Virus genome (UHGV): UHGV-0351052
Reading direction: 5' to 3' (one strand)
Length of the DNA: 64,000 nt
DNA from: a virus
Shown: in pieces, positions 1 to 10,500 of the stretch
Layout of the letters: every line of letters starts with the position of its first letter
How positions within the stretch are numbered: the stretch's first letter is position 1
Notes under the pieces: model-generated
Database searches by the model: none
The model's input: the letters and a program-made list of their open reading frames with translations, nothing else
What the model was told of the DNA's origin: nothing
Made by a program: the position numbers and the translations under genes

Positions 1-273
1 CACTTCTCCAACTTGTAAATCTTTAATGAGTTCTTTTGCCGATTTTGATATACCACGATATAGCTGATAAGGCGATTTAGTTAAATGCTTTTTAACGATT
101 TTATTCAACTGCCTATGAAGAGCTTCATTCTTTTTGGCTTCCATACATTGCCAAAGAATTGACTGTTCAAAGTCAGTAAATTTTTCACAGACCTTTTTAT
201 ACATATCATATTGAAAATCGACACTTTCAGCTTTTATAGATAACTGTTCAACATCTGCAAGATTAATAATCAT
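1..273 (-). CDS. ADP-ribosyltransferase-like protein (Mod-like), partial; C-terminus lies left of window
   Basis: Minus-strand ORF running off the left edge; N-terminus MIINLADVEQLSIKAESVDF...LYRGIS with GGAGG Shine-Dalgarno upstream of ATG at 271-273; position upstream of soc matches T4 modA/modB region; identification from memory only. Confidence 0.4.
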   Translation of the reverse strand, partial: MIINLADVEQLSIKAESVDFQYDMYKKVCEKFTDFEQSILWQCMEAKKNEALHRQLNKIVKKHLTKSPYQLYRGISKSAKELIKDLQVGEV

Positions 274-340
274 GATAGCCTCCATATACTTCAGAAGCTA
301 TCATATCATCGTTAGAAAGGAAAGTAAACAACTTTTTGAA

Positions 341-523
341 TTATTTTGCCCAGGGAGCCCAGGGCGGAGGGTCAAGATGGTATGAAGCTAGTTCTTCTAG
401 AAGAGCATCTGGGGCTTCAATTCCATAATTCTGTAATACTATACGGTACTCTTTCTTATAATCACTAGAATCATTCTGGATATTCGTAGAATGATTATCT
501 TCTAACATCTCAAATAAATCCAT
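341..523 (-). CDS. hypothetical protein (60 aa)
   Basis: ORF track; intergenic fit in minus-strand operon. Confidence 0.4.
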   Translation of the reverse strand: MDLFEMLEDNHSTNIQNDSSDYKKEYRIVLQNYGIEAPDALLEELASYHLDPPPWAPWAK

Positions 524-531
524 ATTAATTC

Positions 532-1002
532 CTAGCGATAAAAACCAAAATAACGATTAGCTTCAATAATCTTTCTTTCTTCTTCGGACATTCTCCAGCG
601 TAGTCCAACATCAAAATGAGCCCAGACCATCTTAACAAATGCATTTATATCTTTAATATCTTCAATAATGAATGTTTTACTTTTCGAAGGTTGACTCGCT
701 AATTTAACTTTATCATCTTCAAACAGGTCAAAAAGACCATATTCATGAGCTCTTTTATAGCCTTTAATAGTTAAAGCTTCGGAAGAAGAAAACGGTGAAT
801 CAGTATTTTGTAAAATATCTTCAGTATGCTTTATAATTAGAATAATATTTTCTGGATATTTTCTTTCTTTTATATCTTTAATTAAAAAATCCGGATTTTC
901 TGCTAAAGGAATAATCAATGAGCAATTTTTATCAAGCGTATTTACTGATTTACCTTCTTTAGACATAAATTCTATCGAATAATGTTTTGCTACTTCAATC
1001 AT
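532..1002 (-). CDS. hypothetical protein (156 aa)
   Basis: ORF track; tightly packed with neighbours. Confidence 0.5.
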
Positions 1003-1155
1003 GTGATTTCCTTTTGCCTACTAATGGACCGTCGGGAATTTTGTTTTCCTGGATATATTTCTCATTTTCTTCCATCATTTTACTACCAATTTTAAGAAGC
1101 AAATCCATTGCTTCATTTGCTTTAGCCTTAGCCTCTTCTAACGTCATATCTTTGT

Positions 1156-1359
1156 TCATGATTTATCCCCATAGATGTCTCTCATCAATTTAAGCGCTGA
1201 GCGTTCTAATTTCTTTTCTTTCTCAGCACTAATCATTGATTTCATCCACTCTTCCGATTCGTTCTGCATTTCTTTATTTGCCTGTTCAACCCAACCATCA
1301 TCAATATACATTGAGTTTGGTCTATTGAACCATTCAAGCATCTTCTTCAGAACTTTCAT
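1156..1359 (-). CDS. hypothetical protein (67 aa)
   Basis: ORF track. Confidence 0.4.
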
Positions 1360-1831
1360 TTGTTTTACCTAAAACAATAGTAGGAGCATCGTCAAATTCA
1401 TGAATTTTTAGCAATTTTGGATTTAAATTATTCCATACATAATAAATGAAGTATGATAAAGCATCTTCACTCGCAATTATAAATTTATTTCCTTTATCTA
1501 TTTTCCAGTCATATACTGAATCGTACGAATAAAAAGATAAAGGGTTATCATTATATTGTTCTGCGCTAACATTGATGTATTCGGATTTAGTAAATGCTTC
1601 AATTGCTCTAAACGGACTATTTGGCACAGTTTCAATAATTCCGATCTTTTTAAGTTTTATTTCAGCATCTTCTGGAACTGGCATTGAAACGAAATTTTCT
1701 ACGAGATACATAGGGTTACGATAACCCTTATCAATCATTACGGCTACAGTAATTGGAACATCTTTAGCAAACGACATGCTATTACTGCTAATATACATTT
1801 CAAACAAAATCGCTTCCATAATTTTCCTCAA
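1334..1831 (-). CDS. hypothetical protein (165 aa; start may be internal)
   Basis: ORF track. Confidence 0.5.
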   Translation of the reverse strand: MRKIMEAILFEMYISSNSMSFAKDVPITVAVMIDKGYRNPMYLVENFVSMPVPEDAEIKLKKIGIIETVPNSPFRAIEAFTKSEYINVSAEQYNDNPLSFYSYDSVYDWKIDKGNKFIIASEDALSYFIYYVWNNLNPKLLKIHEFDDAPTIVLGKTNESSEEDA

Positions 1832-2172
1832 TCACAAGATGTAGATGAACAACTAGAATCACAAGAACTTCCACATGAATCGCCCGTCCATACATGAACA
1901 GGAACATTAGTATCATATGAATCAGAACTAGACTGTGTATTCTGTGTGTTAGGTGATGTAGTAGGTGTTGACCAGCGCCAAGGATTTTTATAATATTCTT
2001 GGGCTTCTTCATAAGTCATAGTAACTGCTTCTACTGTTCCATCTCCCATATAAACATACTCAACTACAGTTAAAGGAAGATAGTCATTTGAAATAGGAAC
2101 TACACCTTCCCCAGGAGTTGTAGAGAAAAAATCCGTAAAGAAACTTTTAAACCAATTAAAGATAAACATCAC
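1828..2172 (-). CDS. hypothetical protein with Cys/Ser-rich C-terminal tail (114 aa)
   Basis: ORF track; C-terminus [16 protein letters not shown]. Confidence 0.5.
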   Translation of the reverse strand: MMFIFNWFKSFFTDFFSTTPGEGVVPISNDYLPLTVVEYVYMGDGTVEAVTMTYEEAQEYYKNPWRWSTPTTSPNTQNTQSSSDSYDTNVPVHVWTGDSCGSSCDSSCSSTSCD

Positions 2173-2381
2173 AAAAATCCTCTTTGAAATTCGACTCTTT
2201 GAAATCCACCCCAGTCAGTATATCGCATTTCAGCATTGAACTCGACTGAACCATCTGCATGCATCATGAATGAATGCGTGACGACATCACAATCCCAGCT
2301 TTTCATACCCCATTTATCAGCGATAGCTTTATCAAGAACCTTCTGGAGGTCTTCATTTGGTTTAATCCAACGATTTAACAT
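2169..2381 (-). CDS. hypothetical protein (70 aa)
   Basis: ORF track; immediately downstream of early promoter at 2408-2437. Confidence 0.5.
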   Translation of the reverse strand: MLNRWIKPNEDLQKVLDKAIADKWGMKSWDCDVVTHSFMMHADGSVEFNAEMRYTDWGGFQRVEFQRGFL

Positions 2382-2407
2382 AGCGCTCTCCTCTATAAGA
2401 TAATTTT

Positions 2408-2437
2408 ATTATACCATACTCATTTTGGAAAGTAAAC
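2408..2437 (-). promoter_or_regulatory. T4-type early promoter (-10 TATAAT, -35 GTTTAC on minus strand)
   Basis: plus-strand attata at 2408-2413 and gtaaac at 2432-2437 with A-rich upstream element. Confidence 0.55.
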
Positions 2438-2453
2438 CGTTTAAATGAAAAAA

Positions 2454-2471
2454 GGACTCCCGAAGGAGTCC
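2454..2471 (-). terminator. UUCG-tetraloop hairpin / intrinsic terminator after soc
   Basis: ggactcc-cgaa-ggagtcc inverted repeat; on minus strand followed by U-run. Confidence 0.6.
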
Positions 2472-2479
2472 TTGAATTA

Positions 2480-2716
2480 TTAACCACCTATTTCTGTAGG
2501 CGTAAACATTGCAGCATTCTTAGTTTTCCAGTCAGCTGCATCAGAAACTACAGTAGAATATGCCGCCTTTTCAGAAGGAAAGGTCTGATAATGAGAATCT
2601 GCAATACGATGCTCGTTAGAATAGATTTCAAACGGAACAGAAACTTCCATACCTTTAACTTCTTTGCCTTCACCCGCTGGATGAGTAAAGGTCTTGATGT
2701 TAACGAAACCACCCAT
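2480..2716 (-). CDS. soc: small outer capsid protein Soc
   Basis: 78-aa ORF with YQTFPSEKAAYSTV motif recalled from T4 Soc; late promoter TATAAATA (plus tatttata 2748-2755) upstream. Confidence 0.8.
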   Translation of the reverse strand: MGGFVNIKTFTHPAGEGKEVKGMEVSVPFEIYSNEHRIADSHYQTFPSEKAAYSTVVSDAADWKTKNAAMFTPTEIGG

Positions 2717-2747
2717 AATAAACTCCTTTATTGTTTAATTACAGGTG

Positions 2748-2755
2748 TATTTATA
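2748..2755 (-). promoter_or_regulatory. late promoter TATAAATA for soc
   Basis: exact reverse complement of TATAAATA 32 nt upstream of soc start. Confidence 0.55.
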
Positions 2756-2929
2756 TCAGTCTTCAATGAAAACTTGTGCCAGGAATTCGTGTTCATCTTG
2801 AATTTGTTTATATAAAGCCATTACAGCATTTATATTAGAGCTATCTACTTTAAGTTGATAAGCATACCACTCGTGTAAATTAATTAAAGCTTTTTGACGT
2901 CTAATAAATTCTTCTTTGGATATTTTCAT
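2756..2929 (-). CDS. hypothetical small protein (57 aa, not in ORF track)
   Basis: Hand-translated MKISKEEFIRRQKALINLHEW...; ATGA start/stop overlap with upstream ORF ending at 2926. Confidence 0.4.
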   Translation of the reverse strand: MKISKEEFIRRQKALINLHEWYAYQLKVDSSNINAVMALYKQIQDEHEFLAQVFIED

Positions 2930-3126
2930 TTTGAATGCTCTATAATTAATTTTAAGGCTTTTTCACTGACAAAAATTTCATCAGGACCTTCTTCTATAAC
3001 CCAATCAACTGTACGAAGCTGATTAGATAGGAGCTCGTATGTGAGCTCCTTGTCATAATTTTTAAATAGCTGGTCAATACGTTTCTTGTGGGCTTTCTTA
3101 AGTTGACGTTTATTTAAACGAGCCAT
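2926..3126 (-). CDS. hypothetical protein (66 aa)
   Basis: ORF track; stop overlaps start of next ORF. Confidence 0.5.
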   Translation of the reverse strand: MARLNKRQLKKAHKKRIDQLFKNYDKELTYELLSNQLRTVDWVIEEGPDEIFVSEKALKLIIEHSK

Positions 3127-3644
3127 TAATAACCTCGGTCTTGACGAGCGAAGTTTTCAGCATTTTTCAGATAATAAAGTTTAAAGATTTCTTCTGCTGT
3201 AAGACCAAGACCTTGAAACATGTTCAGAACAAAATGGAGAATATCAATCATTTCGAATTTGATTTCTAACTGGTCCTGTGGAGACAAATCAGTAATCAGA
3301 GTTTCACGACGTTCACCATGCTGAGCTTTCCACGGCTTCCATACAGCAGATGCATCTTTTTCGCCATTGCTCATACCACCAAGAGAAGTCAGAAGTTCGC
3401 GGAATTCATCATCAATATAATCTTTCTGATTACGCAGCCAATCAACAACTTCACCTGCGGTAGCCAAATCATCAGGATGACGATTATATTCAGGTTTATC
3501 TTTAGCTAAACGAATCTGCAGAGATTTCTGCATGTCAAGCATTACCTGTAGCGGGTCTTTTTCATCACCGAGAATATCCCAATATTCATTTTGAGCTTTA
3601 TCAGCGCCTTCGATCAGTTGACTACATTCGTTAAAGTAAGCCAT
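3126..3644 (-). CDS. 56: dCTP pyrophosphatase (dCTPase/dUTPase, MazG-like) gp56
   Basis: ORF 3126-3659; protein matches remembered T4 gp56; start trimmed to internal Met to give about 171 aa. Confidence 0.8.
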   Translation of the reverse strand: MAYFNECSQLIEGADKAQNEYWDILGDEKDPLQVMLDMQKSLQIRLAKDKPEYNRHPDDLATAGEVVDWLRNQKDYIDDEFRELLTSLGGMSNGEKDASAVWKPWKAQHGERRETLITDLSPQDQLEIKFEMIDILHFVLNMFQGLGLTAEEIFKLYYLKNAENFARQDRGY

Positions 3645-3704
3645 TATTTTTCCTTTCAATTCATTAATAAGTTAAATAATTATATCATTTGAATATGTAA
3701 GCAA

Positions 3705-4493
<789 letters not shown>

Positions 4494-4592
4494 TCATTTA
4501 TTGCAGCAAAAAACGAATTATACAATTCTTCATCATATGTATTTGATAATACTAACACGTTTTGCGATAAATATTAATTTAAAGGAGGATAC

Positions 4593-4793
4593 ATGGTACA
4601 AAAATTAATGGCACTTGTTAATGCCATAAAAGGTAATAAGAAACGTATAGCTTTTACTATTTCTGCTATGATAGGAATTTTACTTTGGAATTTTGTTTTA
4701 TCGCCAGTTGCTATTGCTCATGGCGTTAGTATTCCAGTAGTTACTCTTGATACATTCGTAGATTTAGCATTTGCTTTAGTTGGGTTAATTTAA
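4593..4793 (+). CDS. hypothetical small membrane protein (66 aa) on plus strand
   Basis: Intergenic plus-strand ORF with strong AGGAGG Shine-Dalgarno 7 nt upstream of ATG; hydrophobic; late-promoter-like gATAAATA about 20 nt upstream. Confidence 0.5.
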   Translation: MVQKLMALVNAIKGNKKRIAFTISAMIGILLWNFVLSPVAIAHGVSIPVVTLDTFVDLAFALVGLI

Positions 4794-5818
4794 ATCTTAG
4801 CATATTTAGATAGCCGCATTTTAGCCATCAACCCCTGGGCAATATTATTTTTCATATATTCCATAATTTGTTCAGGGGTTGCACCTTCCTTTCTAATCAT
4901 ATCATTAACATCTTTTGATTTCCAGGGAGATTTATCCCAAAACATAACCCTTTCTCCTGCATCAACTAATTTAGTCATTCGTTTAATAGTGTCAGGGTGA
5001 CGAGGTTCATTATCTAAGACCCACACTCGTCTATCTTTAAATGGAACAACTTCTAGGTCTAATTGACCACCCGTAATAGCTATACCATTTTCAATAAAAA
5101 GTGAATCTATAGGTCCTTCTAGAACATATACATCACCATCTTTAACTCGTTCGACTCCATAGATTTTTGTTGCCTCAGGATAAGCTTTGATGGTGATATA
5201 TTTTTGAGGAGCATCTTTCTTTAATGCACGTCCTTGAAAAGACTCAGCTTTTCCATTAGCATTATAAATTGGAATAACAAGACGAGGCTCAGAAATTTCC
5301 TTTTTGTATGTTCCCGGTGCTATGCTATTAACCAATTTAGGCCATTCGGTTGTAAACCAAAGATATTTCCATTTATCCTTTGGAATACAACGAGCTTTTA
5401 CGTATTTTATAATTGGATGGTCTTCCGCCAGTTTATCTAATCTAACACATGACGGAAGAGATTTAATTATTTTCTTCTCAGGTTGTTTAGGAAGTTCTTT
5501 AGGTTTTTCTACTGGACGACTTTTACCTTTTTCTTTTCTTATTTCAAAGATATACTCACGATATAAATCAGGTTCAAACTCCTTTAGATATATTCCGATT
5601 GGTGCATGATAGTTACAGTTATAACAATGAATATTTCCTTCATTATTATCACCATAATACCATCCACGGGCTTTATTTTGGTCGGTTTTTGAATCTCCAC
5701 AAACAGGACATCTAAACCGTAATTTAAAAGTTGAACTATTATTTACTTGTGTGAATTTAGGTAAATGAGCTAATGCACGGTATGCGAACTCATTATCAAT
5801 CCAAGGTATTGATGACAT
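4790..5818 (-). CDS. 61: DNA primase gp61
   Basis: 342 aa; zinc-ribbon CPVCGDS near N-terminus; matches T4 gp61 from memory. Confidence 0.9.
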   Translation of the reverse strand: MSSIPWIDNEFAYRALAHLPKFTQVNNSSTFKLRFRCPVCGDSKTDQNKARGWYYGDNNEGNIHCYNCNYHAPIGIYLKEFEPDLYREYIFEIRKEKGKSRPVEKPKELPKQPEKKIIKSLPSCVRLDKLAEDHPIIKYVKARCIPKDKWKYLWFTTEWPKLVNSIAPGTYKKEISEPRLVIPIYNANGKAESFQGRALKKDAPQKYITIKAYPEATKIYGVERVKDGDVYVLEGPIDSLFIENGIAITGGQLDLEVVPFKDRRVWVLDNEPRHPDTIKRMTKLVDAGERVMFWDKSPWKSKDVNDMIRKEGATPEQIMEYMKNNIAQGLMAKMRLSKYAKI

Positions 5819-5820
5819 TT

Positions 5821-5985
5821 TTACTCTTCTTTTTCTTTAGATTCCTCTTTTTTCTTTTTAGGAATCTGTTCAGGACCTTTATTTACTACAGCACCTGATG
5901 TTGTTCCAGTAGAGATATTTTCAGGATTACCACCTGAATCTCCAGCAACCATATCTTCTTTGATAAATTCTTTATATGTTTTCAT
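5821..5985 (-). CDS. 61.1-like small protein (54 aa) with capsid-targeting-like N-terminus MKTYKEFI
   Basis: Hand-translated MKTYKEFIKEDMVAGDSGGNPENISTGTTSGAVVNKGPEQIPKKKKEESKEKEE; not in ORF track (<60 aa). Confidence 0.45.
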   Translation of the reverse strand: MKTYKEFIKEDMVAGDSGGNPENISTGTTSGAVVNKGPEQIPKKKKEESKEKEE

Positions 5986-5986
5986 A

Positions 5987-6613
5987 TTAACCTCTATTCA
6001 TAAAAGCATTAAAAATTTGGTCATCAATAGAAACATTTACTTTAGACTGTTTTTCAGATGGCAATTCATATCCACATATTACAATTTTATGATCAATATC
6101 AAAATACACAGAAGCAATATGATTAATGATGTTTTCAGTAAAGTCTAAATCAACATCAATATCTTTTTGACCACAGCCCAAAGGATAAATAATGCGAGTA
6201 ATTCGATTATCTTTAACAAATATTCCACCGACATACTCTGTGCTGCGTTTAAAGTCTACACGCCGACGAAATGAAAAATATTCAGGCTCTTTATGAGCTC
6301 GGCTCATAGGGCACAACGAATAACTAGAATAAGAGATGTCAAATCCTACGCCTTCAATATGAACTAAATTGTCATGATTAAACCAATTATAATCATATGC
6401 CAAGTCCATTAGATTGTCATATGTAAAAGGCACCGGATTAACATCATTGGTCACAAGCATATAATTAGCAACTGCTATAATTTCATTATTTTTAACGAAT
6501 ACAAACCGTGATTGATGCGAATGACCTGGACCTGCGTTTTCACGATTAATGATATAACACTGGGCACCTTTATATTTGTACGTGTCTTTACACTTGTGCA
6601 TTTGATAAAGCAT
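5987..6613 (-). CDS. 61.2-like hypothetical protein (208 aa)
   Basis: ORF track; position between 61 and sp. Confidence 0.5.
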   Translation of the reverse strand: MLYQMHKCKDTYKYKGAQCYIINRENAGPGHSHQSRFVFVKNNEIIAVANYMLVTNDVNPVPFTYDNLMDLAYDYNWFNHDNLVHIEGVGFDISYSSYSLCPMSRAHKEPEYFSFRRRVDFKRSTEYVGGIFVKDNRITRIIYPLGCGQKDIDVDLDFTENIINHIASVYFDIDHKIVICGYELPSEKQSKVNVSIDDQIFNAFMNRG

Positions 6614-6906
6614 TATTCACCTACCACTTCAGCGATGATATTTTTATTATTAAAGTTTTTATCACAATACAGAACATAATTATACTGCATTACACCACCA
6701 GACTTAAGCTGTTTTTGCACTTCAGCTTTCATTTCAGGACGATCACGCTCAACTATATTCATAATATCTGCTTCAATTTGAGTTTCAACCTCAGTCTGAT
6801 CCGCAGTCATAGACCATTCGCACAAATCTTTATCATAACCTGCCATAGCAGGCTGAGCAGCACAAGAAGCTAAAGCAAAAATTGTAGCAAAGATAAATTT
6901 TTTCAT
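6613..6906 (-). CDS. sp: Spackle periplasmic protein (superinfection exclusion; inhibitor of gp5 lysozyme)
   Basis: Internal Met start gives 97 aa with signal peptide MKKFIFATIFALASCAAQPAMA; matches T4 Sp from memory. Confidence 0.7.
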   Translation of the reverse strand: MKKFIFATIFALASCAAQPAMAGYDKDLCEWSMTADQTEVETQIEADIMNIVERDRPEMKAEVQKQLKSGGVMQYNYVLYCDKNFNNKNIIAEVVGE

Positions 6907-6967
6907 GATTAATCTCCTCAGTAGTTTATGTTTATATAGTATCTCAATTTCCAATAAAAGTAAACAG

Positions 6968-7267
6968 TTATTTTAAAACTTTTGCATAATCACATGTTAC
7001 AAACTGTTTCTCTAACTTGACGATCTTACGAAAATACCTTTTACACTGACGAATCTGCCTCTTCGTAGGACGTACAGCAAACTTAATAAATTCCACTCGA
7101 CCAAATGGAGGACTTTCTTCTGCTGGAATATCTAACACCAATTCCCACGTATCTGCAATAAGTGCTTTGAATTGCGTATTTTTCCTGATGTTATACGGCG
7201 TAGGTTTAAATAAAACAATATGCATATTATCCTCGGCAATCCACTTCACATACTTTCTTGTCATCAA
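6968..7267 (-). CDS. 61.4-like hypothetical protein (99 aa)
   Basis: ORF track. Confidence 0.5.
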   Translation of the reverse strand: MMTRKYVKWIAEDNMHIVLFKPTPYNIRKNTQFKALIADTWELVLDIPAEESPPFGRVEFIKFAVRPTKRQIRQCKRYFRKIVKLEKQFVTCDYAKVLK

Positions 7268-7409
7268 TGAAAGCTTTAACTAATGCTTTATTAACTTCAG
7301 CATATTGAGTAGTAGCCCATTGAACGTCATCTTTCATCATTGTGGTTTCTTTAGTAAACATGCTTTCATTCTTAAACCACCCCATAAAAACTACCTTTAC
7401 CAATTCCAT
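7227..7409 (-). CDS. dmd: Dmd-like protein (antitoxin against host RnlA/LsoA), 60 aa
   Basis: 60-aa ORF beginning MELVKVVFMGWFK immediately downstream of gene 41, consistent with T4 dmd (61.5); from memory. Confidence 0.6.
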   Translation of the reverse strand: MELVKVVFMGWFKNESMFTKETTMMKDDVQWATTQYAEVNKALVKAFIDDKKVCEVDCRG

Positions 7410-7435
7410 AACAATCTCCTCATTTAACCAACAAG

Positions 7436-7468
7436 ACTACTATACCATAGTCTCGTCAGCTTGTAAAC
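7436..7468 (-). promoter_or_regulatory. T4-type early promoter
   Basis: gtaaac at 7463-7468 plus tatacc -10 region in conserved early-promoter context. Confidence 0.45.
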
Positions 7469-8895
7469 TAAAATTTTAATTCATTTGCCAAAGCATCTAA
7501 CTGAGCTCGAGTGGATTCGTTTCTTTGATAGCGATTCTGCTCAGCCTGAATCTGCTGCGAACCTGCTACTTCACTCACTCCAGTTGGAGTAGAATCTTGT
7601 TCAATTTCTACCCATTTCTGATTTCCCTTTTGAACACCCATCAAAAACTTATTCCATTTGTTCTTATCACCATATCGTGATTTGATTTGCTTAATGAGTT
7701 GTTGCTCAGCAGCTGCTAGCTCCTCAGTTTCAATGACCGCAAGCATAAAATCAGCTGTTGCTGGAAGACCAGCAGATTCTGCAATATCGCTCATGTTAAC
7801 ATCGGAAGAGTCCCAAGCTTGTTTACCAACCTGTGCTGCAGTCCAAAGAACAGTTTCGGTTTCAACAGCCAGAGCACGCAATTCCTCTGCAATAGCTTTA
7901 ACAGTTGTGTAACTATTTTCTGAATAAACTCTAATGCGGCAAGATTTACAAATACCTAGATAGTCAACAATAATGATTGTTGGAACAAAATTCTTCTTGA
8001 GCTTTAATTCATTTAAAAGCGATCGAAATGTATTAGCATCTGCTCCACCGGTAGGATACTGTTTAACGATTAAACGACCGAGAGTAGATTTCTCACGCCA
8101 TTTTTCCATTTTTCCTTTATACTCAGCGTAAGAAATATGCCCATCATCAATGTCATCAAGAGAAACATCAAGCATATTAGCATCAATACGCTTAGCACAG
8201 ACTTCTTCTGCCATTTCCATGGAAATGTAAAGAACATTATGTCCGAGCTGTAAATAATCTGCTGCCAATGAACACAGACCTAATGACTTACCAACGTTAA
8301 CGCCAGCCATTAAAACGTTCAGTGTTCCAGTTTCAGCTCCGCCTTTAGTAATTTTGTTTAGAATTCTGAGTTTAAATGGAACCTTACGAGCTTTATTCAT
8401 ATAAGATAGCCAACGTGCTTCATAGTCATCCATCCAATCATGACCAACGTAACTATCAAATGAAATTGATAATGCTTGGCGCATGATGTCAGGAATAGCA
8501 CCAACATCCGGCATTTTCTTATTTCGTTTTTCCGGAGGAAGCTCAGCATTAGTTTGAATTTCGATTATTTTAGACGTAGCATTAAACATCGCCCTTTGCT
8601 GAACATATTTTTCTGTTTCTTTTACTAACCAGCTATGGTCTTCCGGAGAATCAGCTAGTTTTGAAATAAGTGTTTTTACACCAGAATATTCTGTTTCAGT
8701 AAATGAACTATTTTCTAATGCAACATTTAACGCATTAATAGATGGAACGCTATGATACTCATTGACATGAGATTTAATTAATTTGAATGTATTTTTAGCT
8801 GGACCACTTTCAAAATATTCTGAATCCATATATGGCCAAACTTTTGAAAAATAAGCTTGATCAAATATGAGATGAGAAAGAATAATTTCTACCAC
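7468..8895 (-). CDS. 41: replicative DNA helicase gp41 (DnaB-like)
   Basis: 475 aa; Walker A GVNVGKS; T4 gp41 length and sequence. Confidence 0.9.
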   Translation of the reverse strand: MVEIILSHLIFDQAYFSKVWPYMDSEYFESGPAKNTFKLIKSHVNEYHSVPSINALNVALENSSFTETEYSGVKTLISKLADSPEDHSWLVKETEKYVQQRAMFNATSKIIEIQTNAELPPEKRNKKMPDVGAIPDIMRQALSISFDSYVGHDWMDDYEARWLSYMNKARKVPFKLRILNKITKGGAETGTLNVLMAGVNVGKSLGLCSLAADYLQLGHNVLYISMEMAEEVCAKRIDANMLDVSLDDIDDGHISYAEYKGKMEKWREKSTLGRLIVKQYPTGGADANTFRSLLNELKLKKNFVPTIIIVDYLGICKSCRIRVYSENSYTTVKAIAEELRALAVETETVLWTAAQVGKQAWDSSDVNMSDIAESAGLPATADFMLAVIETEELAAAEQQLIKQIKSRYGDKNKWNKFLMGVQKGNQKWVEIEQDSTPTGVSEVAGSQQIQAEQNRYQRNESTRAQLDALANELKF

Positions 8896-8904
8896 ACTTA
8901 CTCC

Positions 8905-9249
8905 TTAAAAGAATTTAAATTTTTTCTTTGACCTTTTATTAAATGCATCTTGCAGTTGCATTGTAATACATTTTTCTACATGAGGAGCTAACTCAGCTTT
9001 TCTTTCTTGGTCAAGAACAGCAAAGTCCATTACAACCTTTCCATCAACCCAATCCAGTTTAGTTACATACACTATATGTGTAGAACCATCTTCTAGTTTA
9101 ATGACAATCTCCTGGATAACATTTTCCATAGCGGATTTAATTATCTTAAGAGACTCATTAAAAAGACGTTCTTTTCTTTCTTCTTCCCCCTCCGAAGAGG
9201 GGGATTCATCGATAATTTCTAGATCTAAATCTAAATCATCTTTACTCAT
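8905..9249 (-). CDS. 40: gp40 head vertex assembly protein (start uncertain)
   Basis: ORF between 41 and uvsX as in T4; internal Met chosen. Confidence 0.55.
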   Translation of the reverse strand: MSKDDLDLDLEIIDESPSSEGEEERKERLFNESLKIIKSAMENVIQEIVIKLEDGSTHIVYVTKLDWVDGKVVMDFAVLDQERKAELAPHVEKCITMQLQDAFNKRSKKKFKFF

Positions 9250-10423
9250 TAAATTCTTCCATATCACTTAACTGCTCGAGGTCAGTTTCTAAATCAGCAG
9301 CTGATTTACTTTTACTTTCTGGAGATTTAAATTTTTCAACCTTTGAGTTAATCAATTCATCAACTTCAGCTTCAACAATTTCATTACTATCAATAGCACC
9401 TAACTGATAAGCGCGTTTAATAGCATCTCGGAATGGTTGATGCTTAAATAAAGGACCCCAGAATGTAGTGCAGTTGGTATCTTTTGCACGCCAAGATTTT
9501 TCTTCGCGAATCATCTCGCCAGTTTCTTCGTCAAGAAATTCACGAGCATACCAGCCATTTTTAGGTTTTACTACAAATCCTAATTCTAGAGCCATATCTA
9601 ACAATCCAGAATAAGGATCGATACCACCGTCAAATTTAACATCAATAAAGAATTTACTTTTTTCTTTAACGGTACGAGATTTTTCTACATTTAGAACAAA
9701 TTGATACCCCTGAAGATCAGAACCATCTTTAATCTGACGCTTACCGATAATGAATACGGTATCAGCCGAATACATTACGCCTGTACCACCTGTCATCACG
9801 GTTTTACTAAACATTTCAATTGTTTCAATTGTATGGTTAACCGCAACACATGGAATATTTTTAATGCTAAAATAAGGAGTAACAATACGGAATAATGACT
9901 TCAGTGATTTAGCACGAGTCATATCTGCCACAGATTTTTCATTCAAGGCATCTTCCGTTTCTTTCTTAGAAGCCATATTACCGATTGAGTCGATGAATAC
10001 AATAACCTTTTCACCACGCTCAATAGCTTCAAGCTGGTTCACCATATCAATTTTCAGCTGTTCAACTGACTGAATTGGCGTATGAATTACTCGTTCCGGG
10101 TCAACTCCCATGGATCGCAAATAAGCTGGAGTAATACCAAATTCGCTATCATAGAATAGACAAACCGCGTCAGGATATTTGTTCAAATATGCCGCAACCA
10201 TAGTCAAAGACATATTTGATTTAAAGTGTTTAGAAGGCCCTGCGAAAATAGTTAAACCAGACTGCATACCGCCATCAATCGCACCAGAAATAGCGATATT
10301 AAGCATTGGAATTTTTGTACGAATTACATCCTTTTCATTAAAGAATTTAGATGTAGTCAGTTCAGCAGTCATTTTAGAAGTGGAAGCTTTAATCAAACGG
10401 GATTTTAAATCTGCAATAGACAT
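9242..10423 (-). CDS. uvsX: UvsX recombinase (RecA-like)
   Basis: 393 aa; C-terminal two thirds identical to remembered T4 UvsX, N-terminal third diverged. Confidence 0.9.
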   Translation of the reverse strand: MSIADLKSRLIKASTSKMTAELTTSKFFNEKDVIRTKIPMLNIAISGAIDGGMQSGLTIFAGPSKHFKSNMSLTMVAAYLNKYPDAVCLFYDSEFGITPAYLRSMGVDPERVIHTPIQSVEQLKIDMVNQLEAIERGEKVIVFIDSIGNMASKKETEDALNEKSVADMTRAKSLKSLFRIVTPYFSIKNIPCVAVNHTIETIEMFSKTVMTGGTGVMYSADTVFIIGKRQIKDGSDLQGYQFVLNVEKSRTVKEKSKFFIDVKFDGGIDPYSGLLDMALELGFVVKPKNGWYAREFLDEETGEMIREEKSWRAKDTNCTTFWGPLFKHQPFRDAIKRAYQLGAIDSNEIVEAEVDELINSKVEKFKSPESKSKSAADLETDLEQLSDMEEFNE

Positions 10424-10500
10424 TCATTTTTTCCATAGGCATCATTATATTTTCCTCACTGGTTAAAGATAGAGTAATTATAACACAATAAATTTAGGCA

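Noticed and set aside
7658-7912. Plus-strand ORFs embedded inside long minus-strand genes (for example 7658-7912 in gene 41, 18257-18673 in gene 45, 20670-21053 in gene 46, 13365-13580 and 14609-14896 in gene 43)
   Set aside because: They lie antisense within well-supported conserved genes, lack Shine-Dalgarno sequences and have low-complexity translations; they are almost certainly frame artefacts.
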